Made by a program: the position numbers and the translations under genes. This document shows, in pieces, positions 7,918-16,093 of a stretch of DNA of 20,000 nucleotides. Source of the stretch: an uncultured virus (IMG/VR IMGVR_UViG_3300035696_002405) (Duplodnaviria; Heunggongvirae; Uroviricota; Caudoviricetes). Positions within the stretch are counted from its first letter, which is position 1; every line of letters starts with the position of its first letter. The stretch lies in the IMG/VR virus record IMGVR_UViG_3300035696_002405; one strand, written 5' to 3'. The notes under the pieces are model-generated. The model was given only the letters and a program-made list of their open reading frames with translations. It had not been told where the DNA came from and ran no database searches.

Positions 7918-9111
7918 ATGGCCCTGACGCGCCGTCAGCGCCGAGCGCTCGCTGCTGCCGCACGCAAGAAGAAGCGTGTCGTCAAGCCGAGCAGCAAAGC
8001 TCGCACGCGCAAGCACCTCTCAACGGCTGCCGCGAAGCGCGCCGCCTCCCGCGAGAGGGCGAGGACAAAGAAAAGCAAGAAGCCGCTCAAGAGACCGAGC
8101 AAGAAGCTGCCCAAGAGGCCGGGCAAGCCGAGCAAGCCGACCAAGTCAATCAGATCGAGCAGGCCGGGCAAACCGAGCAAGCCGACCAAGCCGACCAGGC
8201 CGGGCAAACCGGGCAAGCCGGCCAGACCGATCACGAAGGCTTCAAGACTTCCGCCCAGGCCGCCTGCTGGTCCCCCGCCCCCGCGTCTTCCCATCCCGAA
8301 AGACGTCGAGAGAAAACTCACCGCCGACCAGCTCCGCGCCATCGCCACGTTGCCCGAGGCAGCCAAGCGCGGAGCCATCCAAGCGCTGATCGAGGAGCAC
8401 GGCAAGAAGAGGAGGCCCAAGCCGGCTGCCCTGGCCGAAAAAGAGCGCGCCAAGGAAGAGAAGAAGGCAGCCGCTGAGAAGAAGAAGATCGAGATCGCCG
8501 TCAAGCAGCTCAAGAAAGCAGTCAAGCAGGCGGCCAAGGACGGCGGCAAGCTCTACGGGGAGTACAACGAGCGCACCCACGAAAGGCAGAAGGTCAAAGG
8601 CACCTTCGCGGGCTTCAAGCTCATCCCGTTCGCGGAGCGAGCCGACTACATCCAGGAGGAACTCAAGAAGCGCCACAAGGAATGGCGGCGGGACCTCTAC
8701 GTCCAGTCCGTGCACGTCCGCGAGTATATGACGCAAGGGGACGGCGGCTCTGGAAGACGCGCTATCATGGAGAAGGTCCAGAACGCCGGGCGCAACTGCA
8801 TCGACGAGCGCATCAAGGGCCGCAAGGTCTACCAGATCTACATCGGCATGATCCGTGTGCTCGTCAGGCAAGAGGACGCCGGAAAATACGGCGGCTACAG
8901 CACGAGGCCCATCGATGGGAAGCGGATCAAGGCGGCGACCGACGTCCGCGGACTCGAGGGCTTCGAGAACGTCATGCCCGGCGAGGATCCAAAGACCGCC
9001 CTCGACAGATTGCTCGAGCGCCTCGAGAACCACCTCGACGACATCCTCGACGGCTTGCCGGTCGTCTACATCAAGAGCATCCAAGTCAAGTTCGACGTGG
9101 AGGCCAAATGA
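7918..9111 (+). CDS. Highly basic Lys/Pro-rich protein with globular C-terminus; candidate terminal/DNA-binding protein of the replication module
   Basis: 397-aa ORF with GGGAG RBS and (K/R)P(G/S/T) repeats. Its stop overlaps the polymerase ATG (ATGA at 9108-9111). Confidence 0.8.
   Translation: MALTRRQRRALAAAARKKKRVVKPSSKARTRKHLSTAAAKRAASRERARTKKSKKPLKRPSKKLPKRPGKPSKPTKSIRSSRPGKPSKPTKPTRPGKPGKPARPITKASRLPPRPPAGPPPPRLPIPKDVERKLTADQLRAIATLPEAAKRGAIQALIEEHGKKRRPKPAALAEKERAKEEKKAAAEKKKIEIAVKQLKKAVKQAAKDGGKLYGEYNERTHERQKVKGTFAGFKLIPFAERADYIQEELKKRHKEWRRDLYVQSVHVREYMTQGDGGSGRRAIMEKVQNAGRNCIDERIKGRKVYQIYIGMIRVLVRQEDAGKYGGYSTRPIDGKRIKAATDVRGLEGFENVMPGEDPKTALDRLLERLENHLDDILDGLPVVYIKSIQVKFDVEAK
8116..8232 (+). 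repeat. 13 x 9-bp degenerate in-frame tandem repeat (consensus near AAGCCGAGC/AGGCCGGGC)
   Basis: Read directly from the sequence. Encodes RPG-KPS-KPT-type tripeptides. Confidence 0.85.
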
Positions 9112-12100
9112 GCGGCTCCACCGCGACCGCGAAGCCCAGCGCACCGAAGGCTCGCTGGGGAAGGCTCGACGCATCTCCCAAGCGCTCCCGGACCAGCAAG
9201 CTCGGCAGGCTCACGAGCATCAACGAGAACCCTCCGACATTCCTGCAGCCGCTCGCCGTCTCTTTCGAGAAGGTCACCAAGATCGAGAAGATCAAAGATC
9301 CGAAGACGGGCAAGACCAAGATCGCGAACAAACGCACCGAGTACAGGCTCAACGAGAGCGGTGAACGGATCCCCAAGGCCCCGAAGCAGTGGGCGTTCGG
9401 CGCATGGGACATCGAGTCACACTGCTACGATCACACCTGCTCCGAGGCCCACAGGCGGCGACACGCGGAAGGCGGCCACCAGGCCACGTGTCGCGAATGC
9501 GAGACGTGCGCACCGTGCAACCCGGAGCACGGCAACCACTGGATCGCAGCGCAGCTCTCCGTCCTCCGAATCCCAGACCCCTACATCGAGTACGTCGCGC
9601 AGCTCGAGCCGCACCAGCTCTTCGGCGGCGAAGTCCGCGAGAACGGCAGGTACGTCGAGTTCCTCAACAAGGGCTTGAGCCTGGACGCCGAAGAGAGAGC
9701 CAGGTGCCTGGCGCCCGAGGGCTGCATCGACTCCACGCTGCGGTTCCTCATGGCGCACCCGTGCTTCACCCAGCGCGCGAAGGCGTCGAAAGGGTACCTC
9801 GCCCGCGGCGTGCACACGGCCGAATGCGACGGGAAGAAGAACCTCAAGGCCAACGGCAAGCCATGCCGCGGATGCGTGCGCAAGCCGTACGCGCCAGGCT
9901 TCCACACAAACAAATGCCGATACGACAGGAAGTTCACGAAGAAGGACGGCACCCCGTGCGAGGGATGCTCGACCATGTCGACAGCGTGGTACTCGCACTT
10001 CGGCGGGGGCTACGACATCAACTTCGCCCTGAGATGGCTCTCGAGCCATAGCCAGGACGCCGACGTCGTCAAGCAGACCGTAGAGTCCGTCGTCGACCCC
10101 GAGCGCCGCGCCGAACTGAAAGCCGCCATGGAGAAGCGGTACGAATACAAGGCCGAGAGCCTCCTCTCCGGGGCCACGCACATCCAGGTCAAGCTCACCC
10201 GCCTGCGCGAGGTCCCCGGAACGGGCGAACCAGACAGCGCTGCCCCGGAGAAGCAGATCCACGACGAGGACCACTGGGTGAGGAGGTTTCTCGGCGCCGG
10301 GCTCCTTCCCAGCGACGAGTTCGCCGCCATCAAGGAAGCCCAGGAACACCTCACGGTCCTCACCGGGACCAAGCTCGAGCCCACCGGCGAATTCGACAAA
10401 AAGACGTCCTCGGCCCTCAAGTCCTTCCAGGAAAGGTGCGGCTTGCCGCCGACCGGCCTCATCGACCGACAGACGTCGGCGGCGCTGCGCTACCTCCGGT
10501 CGCAGACAAGGTGGGAGGCGGTCCCGGGTGAGATCATCCTACTCCGGGACAGCTTCCGCCTCGTGGCCTCGAGCCTGGCCGACGCCGCGAAGGATTTCGA
10601 ACTCAAGCACCCGGTCACCGGGGAGACGCTCACGAAGATCGACGACATCGACGTCAAGAACCCCCCGCCGCCGGACGACCCGGACTTCCGGAGGTACTGC
10701 CGCATCGACACCGAGGTTTGCGTGCAGCTTGTCACGAAATTCAGCTCCCTCATCGAGCAGCTCGGCGGGACGCTGGAAGTCACCGCCAGCTCGTGCGCGG
10801 TCTCGCTTTTCCGGCGACGCTACCTGAGGGACAAGATCCCGAGGCACCGCCATCTCACCGGCTGCCGCCTCCTCTGCGCGCAATGCGGTCTCGAGACCTG
10901 CAGCCAAGAGTGCGGGGCCCCGAACGCTCCGGCCGGCGAGAACATGAAGAAGCACCAGCATCTCATCGACCGACACAGGAAGAAGATGCACCGGCTCTGT
11001 CCGACCTACCCCGTGGGCTGCTTTCACTTCGCAGCACTCGGGAAGAACGGGCACCGGCACGGAGGCCACGTCGAGGTCCTCAGGCAGAGGCTCGAGGCCG
11101 GCCGCTGCTACGACGTCAACAGCCTCTACCCGTTCGCCATGCTCGGCCCCGTTCCAGTCGGACCCATGCAGCGGTACGTGAACCTCACGCCCAGAGAAGC
11201 GAAACACGAGAAGCCGAAGAGCGCCCTCAGGCAAGCCGCCGGCGCGTGGCGCCTCCAGAAGGAGCGCACCACGCACCTCGCTGAGAAGGACCCCCGGTGG
11301 CGTGACCTCGTCGACAAGCACGGACTCGAGTTCGCAGCGCTCGAAGCCACGTTCCAGGTCGGTTCCGACAAAGGACCCGACCTCGCGACCGGCAAGCCGT
11401 TCGACGACTGGAAGTTCAACCGCCTCGAGAGCTTCAAGAGGATCCGTCGCTGCGGCTACGTCGAATGCGTCGTGTCGATCCCGCGAGACGACAGCGTCCC
11501 CGAGTCCTTCTTCCCTCCGCTGCCCACCGTACGCGACTCCCAGAACGGCGAGATCCTCTTTTGGCCCACGGGCGTGCTCTACGGCTGGTGGTGCTACGAG
11601 GAGCTTCGCGCCCTGCTCGAAGTTCCCGGCGCCCGCCTCCACGCCGTCAGACAATCTGTCTGGTTCCGCGGCGAACCCATCTTCCGCGAGTTCATCGAGA
11701 CGCTCTACGGCGAGAGGCAGCGCTCCGATGGCGCCAAGAAACAGCTCCTCAAGATCGTTATGAACTCCACCTACGGCAAGACACTCCAGAACCCGCTCAA
11801 GAGGCGCGTGCTCCGCCTCCAGGCGGCTGAGGAGCGGCCGAAGGGGTGGCTGCCGACGAACCCGAACCCGCCGAACGGCGACGACTTCACGTGGCCGTGG
11901 GGCTCGATCCAAGAGTACCGCGAGGCGCCATTCTTCCTCCCGCACTGGGGCTCGCTCATTACGGCGCGCGCGAGGATGGTGATCTGGCGCGTGTGCGTCG
12001 ACGTGGAGAGGGGCAAGTACGGAAAGGACAAGTACGTGAGCTATCTAGATACGGATAGCGCGTATACTACCGCCAAGCTCGACGACATCTGCGACGAGAA

Positions 12101-12848
12101 GAAGCTCGGCATGCTCAAGCTCGAGTACGCGCTGCCGGACGACAAGCGCAAGAAGTACCTCGCGGGCGTAGAGGCCGCATGGGAGAAGTACCAGCGCGAG
12201 CACGCTGCGCGCGTCGAGAGCACCATGTCCGATGTATCCCTCACCGACGAGGAGAAGGCCGAACGCGTCCGGAGGCTCGAAGCCCGCAAGAAATACTACA
12301 AGGCCGAGCACTACGAGGCCGACAGGGACGAGACCAAGTACAAGCGCGCCCGTCCCGACGGCATCATCTCGTGCAACTTCTGGGGACCGAAGCTCTACGA
12401 GGTCCTCGACCCCGAGACCGGCGACGAGGTCAAGACCGTACACAAAGGCACGCCGGAGCCCAACGCCGAGAAACTCCGAAAGTTCATTAGGGGCGAAGCA
12501 CTCACCGGCAAACCCCGTGCGCCGAAGGCCGGCACCGAGATCCGAAACGACTTCGTGTTCGACCCCATCACCCTCACACGTACCGGCCAGACCATCCTCT
12601 GGAAGAAGCCCAAGCGCGGGGAGCCAGAGATCGCGCACAAACGCGTCCACCATCACGATCCCGCCGGACGAGGCATGACGTCACCGAGGCACGTGGAGGC
12701 GCACGACGAGTTCGAGCTTGAGGAGAGCTTCCGCTCAAGACGAAAGACCAGTGCCGCCAGACTCTATGAAGAGTGGACCGGCAAGCCGTGGATCGACGAG
12801 GAACAGCTAGCCCAAGCGACCGCCGAAACCGAAGCCGAGGCCTCGTGA
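9108..12848 (+). CDS. polB: Family B DNA polymerase, protein-primed type (pPolB), 1246 aa with multiple insertions
   Basis: ExoI WDIES (9405), ExoII YSHFGGGYD (9990), LRDSFRL (10548), ExoIII YCRID (10695), motif A YDVNSLYP (11109), TPR1-like PPLP...FWPTG...GWWCYEEL, motif B KIVMNSTYGK (11751), ITARAR, motif C YLDTDS (12042), LGMLKLE, PKLY, HKG. Start ATG 9108 has a GGAGG RBS; the ORF-track extension to 8682 overlaps the upstream gene. Confidence 0.93.
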   Translation: MSGSTATAKPSAPKARWGRLDASPKRSRTSKLGRLTSINENPPTFLQPLAVSFEKVTKIEKIKDPKTGKTKIANKRTEYRLNESGERIPKAPKQWAFGAWDIESHCYDHTCSEAHRRRHAEGGHQATCRECETCAPCNPEHGNHWIAAQLSVLRIPDPYIEYVAQLEPHQLFGGEVRENGRYVEFLNKGLSLDAEERARCLAPEGCIDSTLRFLMAHPCFTQRAKASKGYLARGVHTAECDGKKNLKANGKPCRGCVRKPYAPGFHTNKCRYDRKFTKKDGTPCEGCSTMSTAWYSHFGGGYDINFALRWLSSHSQDADVVKQTVESVVDPERRAELKAAMEKRYEYKAESLLSGATHIQVKLTRLREVPGTGEPDSAAPEKQIHDEDHWVRRFLGAGLLPSDEFAAIKEAQEHLTVLTGTKLEPTGEFDKKTSSALKSFQERCGLPPTGLIDRQTSAALRYLRSQTRWEAVPGEIILLRDSFRLVASSLADAAKDFELKHPVTGETLTKIDDIDVKNPPPPDDPDFRRYCRIDTEVCVQLVTKFSSLIEQLGGTLEVTASSCAVSLFRRRYLRDKIPRHRHLTGCRLLCAQCGLETCSQECGAPNAPAGENMKKHQHLIDRHRKKMHRLCPTYPVGCFHFAALGKNGHRHGGHVEVLRQRLEAGRCYDVNSLYPFAMLGPVPVGPMQRYVNLTPREAKHEKPKSALRQAAGAWRLQKERTTHLAEKDPRWRDLVDKHGLEFAALEATFQVGSDKGPDLATGKPFDDWKFNRLESFKRIRRCGYVECVVSIPRDDSVPESFFPPLPTVRDSQNGEILFWPTGVLYGWWCYEELRALLEVPGARLHAVRQSVWFRGEPIFREFIETLYGERQRSDGAKKQLLKIVMNSTYGKTLQNPLKRRVLRLQAAEERPKGWLPTNPNPPNGDDFTWPWGSIQEYREAPFFLPHWGSLITARARMVIWRVCVDVERGKYGKDKYVSYLDTDSAYTTAKLDDICDEKKLGMLKLEYALPDDKRKKYLAGVEAAWEKYQREHAARVESTMSDVSLTDEEKAERVRRLEARKKYYKAEHYEADRDETKYKRARPDGIISCNFWGPKLYEVLDPETGDEVKTVHKGTPEPNAEKLRKFIRGEALTGKPRAPKAGTEIRNDFVFDPITLTRTGQTILWKKPKRGEPEIAHKRVHHHDPAGRGMTSPRHVEAHDEFELEESFRSRRKTSAARLYEEWTGKPWIDEEQLAQATAETEAEAS

Positions 12849-12913
12849 CGACGATGATCCACTTTGCAGTACCAGCGGAGAGAACCTAGCGCTATGGTCA
12901 AAAACTTCCCCCG

Positions 12914-15247
12914 ATGATCGACGCGACACCGACCGACACAACCTCCACGACTGCGGAACCCGGCGGCCCCGTCGCGGAATCCGGTGGCACCGCACCGGTC
13001 ATGCGCCACTGGGGCCCCGACCCGGCGGAGGGTGTGCGCAAGTACGTCGAGAAGATGGGCCAGGGATACGGCATCGGGTACGGCTACAGCCAGAGGATGC
13101 TCAAGACCTTCGGCCACGAGAGGCTCCCGGACATCATCAAGAACGAGCCGCACAAGCTCGCGCAGATCACGAACCGCTCCGACCTCAACTGGCGCGGCCT
13201 CTCCTCCAAGTGGAAGAGCAAGACCGACGAGGAGCACGAAGCGATGATGCGCATGCTCTCGTACCGGAACATCAGCTACGCCGAGGCCGCGCGCATCTGC
13301 AAACGCTACGGCTTCAGGCGCGGAGTGTCCGTCGTCTTCGAGGATCCCTACCAATTGAGCTTCGACGTCGACGGCATCGGCTTCGAGCGTGCCGACAAGA
13401 TCGCGCTCGAAGGGGGCACCGGCAAAGGCTCCGAGAAGCGGGCGCAGGCTGCCCTCTTCCACGCCCTCCACGCCTCGACCGAAGACGGCGACACGTATGT
13501 GCCGCGCAGGGACTGGATCAACAAGGCCGAGTGGCTCATGGGCCGTGGCTACGGCAAGCAGCTCGCCTCCATGATCGAGCAGCTCATCTCGCGGGGCTAC
13601 GTCTACGAGGTCCTCTTGCCCGACGAACCAGGCAAGAGGCCACGGAAACCCGAGCGCGTCTACTACCCGATGGGCCTCTACCGCGCGGAGGTCAGGCTCG
13701 CGCGCCAGATCAAAAAGCTTGCGGCCTGCAAAACGCCGCCCCCTGCAGACGTCGCGGCACACCTCGCCGCCCACGAAGCGGCAAACAACATCCAGCTCTC
13801 CGACAAGCAGCGCGAGATCGTGCGCCTCGTCTCGGAGAATCCCGTCACCATCGTCACGGGAGGACCCGGCACTGGAAAAACGACCGCGGTGCGCGCCGTC
13901 ATGGGCGTCTTCGGCGAGCGCCTCTCGATGCCGGCGTCGCTCGCTGCCTTCGCCGGCTGCGCCGCCAAGCGTCTGCGCGAGGCCGCCAAGGCTCCGGCGC
14001 TAACGATCCACAAGACCCTCGAGTACGACCCCGTCCACGAGGTCTTCCTCCGCGATGCGGACAACCCCCTCGAGTCAGACCTCGTCGTCCTCGATGAGGT
14101 CTCCATGATCGACACGTCCCTCTTCGACCACGCCCTGCAGGCCGTGAGACCCGGCGCACGCCTGCTCCTCATCGGCGACGTCGATCAGCTCCCCAGCATC
14201 GGGCCCGGCGCCGTGCTCCGCGACGCGATCGACTCCGGCGTCGCGCCGGTCGTGCGGCTCGAGCACATCTTCCGCCAGTCGAAGCGGAGCCGAATCGTCA
14301 CGGCCGCGAGCCGCATCCGCAGTGGCCTTCCTCCCGTCCCAGCCGTCCGCATCAACCGCGAGATGGAGGTCGTCGAGAGACCCGAGGACCCCGACGCCCG
14401 CGTCCCCGACGGCGCACAAGAGTCCGACGCAGAGCCGCTGCGCGACTACATCGATCTCGAGATCGAACGACCCGCGAACCTCGGGCCCGAAGAGAAGTTC
14501 GACGTCGGTAAAGCCACGTGCGAGGCCGTGGTCCGGCTCGTCAAGACGATCGGCAAGCGCTACGGCATCAAACCGGAAGACGTGCAGGTCCTCTGCCCCA
14601 TGCGCGTGCGCGCCGCGGGTGCGGACGAACTCAACCAAGCGCTCCAGGCTGCCCTCAACCCACAAGCTCCACCCGTCGCCATGAGCGCGTGGAGCAACGG
14701 CACTCCGAACCCAAACACGTCCAGCACGGTCAGCCAGAAACCCAAGCTCCAGATCGGAAGTCCCAGGGAGACGGCGAGCGTCGGCGACAAGGTCATGCAG
14801 CTCCGGAACGACTACCAGAAGGGGCTCTACAACGGCGACGTCGGCTTCATCGAAGCCATCGATCACAAACAGGTCGTCGTTGACTTCCGAGACGGCATGC
14901 CGGCAAGAACCTACACGCCGGCGGGCACTGCCGACATCAAGCTCGCCTACGCGAGCACGGTGCACAAGTCCCAGGGACAGGAGTTCCCGTGCGTCGTCAT
15001 CGTCGTTCTTTCGCACCAGTCGCACATGTTCTCGAAGAACGGTCGGAACCTCTTCTACACTGCGGTCACACGCGGCAAGAAGCTCGTCTTCGTTGTCCAC
15101 GATAAGGGCGCCATCGAGAAGGCCCTCTCGCCGCCGCGGCCGCGCCAGACGCTCCTCCGTCAGCGCCTCCAAGGAGTCCCAGTTCGGTTCCGCACCGGCC
15201 CCGCCGTCCCGCCAGAAGCTGCGACGCCGACGACGCCGCCCACTTAG
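12914..15247 (+). CDS. recD2: RecD2-like SF1B 5'-3' DNA helicase
   Basis: HhH-type DPYQL...GIGFERADKIA, Walker A GGPGTGKTT, DEVSM, GDVDQLPSIGPG, IFRQ, GDKVMQLRNDY...NGDVG, YASTVHKSQGQEF, YTAVTRGK. Confidence 0.93.
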   Translation: MIDATPTDTTSTTAEPGGPVAESGGTAPVMRHWGPDPAEGVRKYVEKMGQGYGIGYGYSQRMLKTFGHERLPDIIKNEPHKLAQITNRSDLNWRGLSSKWKSKTDEEHEAMMRMLSYRNISYAEAARICKRYGFRRGVSVVFEDPYQLSFDVDGIGFERADKIALEGGTGKGSEKRAQAALFHALHASTEDGDTYVPRRDWINKAEWLMGRGYGKQLASMIEQLISRGYVYEVLLPDEPGKRPRKPERVYYPMGLYRAEVRLARQIKKLAACKTPPPADVAAHLAAHEAANNIQLSDKQREIVRLVSENPVTIVTGGPGTGKTTAVRAVMGVFGERLSMPASLAAFAGCAAKRLREAAKAPALTIHKTLEYDPVHEVFLRDADNPLESDLVVLDEVSMIDTSLFDHALQAVRPGARLLLIGDVDQLPSIGPGAVLRDAIDSGVAPVVRLEHIFRQSKRSRIVTAASRIRSGLPPVPAVRINREMEVVERPEDPDARVPDGAQESDAEPLRDYIDLEIERPANLGPEEKFDVGKATCEAVVRLVKTIGKRYGIKPEDVQVLCPMRVRAAGADELNQALQAALNPQAPPVAMSAWSNGTPNPNTSSTVSQKPKLQIGSPRETASVGDKVMQLRNDYQKGLYNGDVGFIEAIDHKQVVVDFRDGMPARTYTPAGTADIKLAYASTVHKSQGQEFPCVVIVVLSHQSHMFSKNGRNLFYTAVTRGKKLVFVVHDKGAIEKALSPPRPRQTLLRQRLQGVPVRFRTGPAVPPEAATPTTPPT

Positions 15248-15250
15248 CGG

Positions 15251-16087
15251 TCACTCTTCAAGGAGCGCACTGCAAGCGCCTTCGAGATCCTCGTCCCACA
15301 TCATCTCTAGCGCGCGTTCAGCCTCGTCCTTCAGCGCCTCGCGCTCGTAATCCTCAAGCGTCGAAGCGTACGTGGGCGGTGAGTCGTCGAAATTGTAGAG
15401 CCCCGGACCTTCCCATGAGCCCTCCGCCGCGTCGAAACCCAGCGCGGACAGCGCCTCGTCGTAATCGCCCTCGTCTGTGACCTCGACCAAGGGGTTCTCC
15501 GCGAACAGGTACGAAAGCTGCCGCCTGCGCTCCTCTTCGGCCCGTCTCGACTCCTTCTCCATCTCTGGCGTCAGATACATGGAGGCCCCAGCTCCGCGCA
15601 GAGATCGTGGACCGTGTGATCCCGCTCGACCCTCGATCTCCTTGAGCGCGTCGGCGAATTCCCAGTATGGCGCGAAGCTCCCATCGGACGACTCGTAACC
15701 GCCGACCTTCTTGTAAGAGACGATCGAATCCTCGGGCCCTCCCGTCGTCCGCATCAGACCGTACGAGACGTTGAATGCGTCTACGTCAACGTAGGCGTAG
15801 ACGTTCGCGCCCTGCGCTTCCTCGACCCACTTCGAGACCTGCTCGACCTCCTTCGGTGAAAAATGTTCGACGGCGTCGAGAACAGCTTTCCCGAGATCGC
15901 CGTCCCATGTCACATCCATCTCCTCGAGGATGAACTTGGACACCTTGTCCCTGGACTTCTCGAGTCGCGGGAGCAGATAGTCGCGCAAAGCCTCCACCTG
16001 ATTGCCAGTCATCGCCTCGAGAGGAACGCAATCCTCGATCGGCTCAGAATCCACGTACTCGCCTCCGCCCCTGCTCACGAGCGTCAT
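15251..16087 (-). CDS. Acidic hypothetical protein
   Basis: 278-aa ORF, visibly Asp/Glu-rich. Converges on the helicase stop with a 3-bp gap. TAGCAT lies 6 nt upstream of the ATG. Confidence 0.72.
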   Translation of the reverse strand: MTLVSRGGGEYVDSEPIEDCVPLEAMTGNQVEALRDYLLPRLEKSRDKVSKFILEEMDVTWDGDLGKAVLDAVEHFSPKEVEQVSKWVEEAQGANVYAYVDVDAFNVSYGLMRTTGGPEDSIVSYKKVGGYESSDGSFAPYWEFADALKEIEGRAGSHGPRSLRGAGASMYLTPEMEKESRRAEEERRRQLSYLFAENPLVEVTDEGDYDEALSALGFDAAEGSWEGPGLYNFDDSPPTYASTLEDYEREALKDEAERALEMMWDEDLEGACSALLEE

Positions 16088-16093
16088 GCACCC

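Noticed and set aside
8682..9107. 142-aa N-terminal extension of the polymerase in the ORF track
   Set aside because: Overlaps the 7918..9111 gene in another frame and is Arg-rich shadow sequence. ATG 9108 has a GGAGG RBS and ATGA coupling.
9108..12848. Inteins as an explanation for the polymerase inserts
   Set aside because: No C/S-start and HN-C/S/T splice junctions or LAGLIDADG motifs seen; the inserts are short and not at canonical sites.
152..15172. Long antisense/alternate-frame ORFs (e.g. 152..1138, 1205..2221, 3954..4778, 8242..9174, 10539..11945, 12764..13774, 14075..15172)
   Set aside because: Typical stop-poor shadows of real genes in high-GC DNA, with no recognisable motifs.
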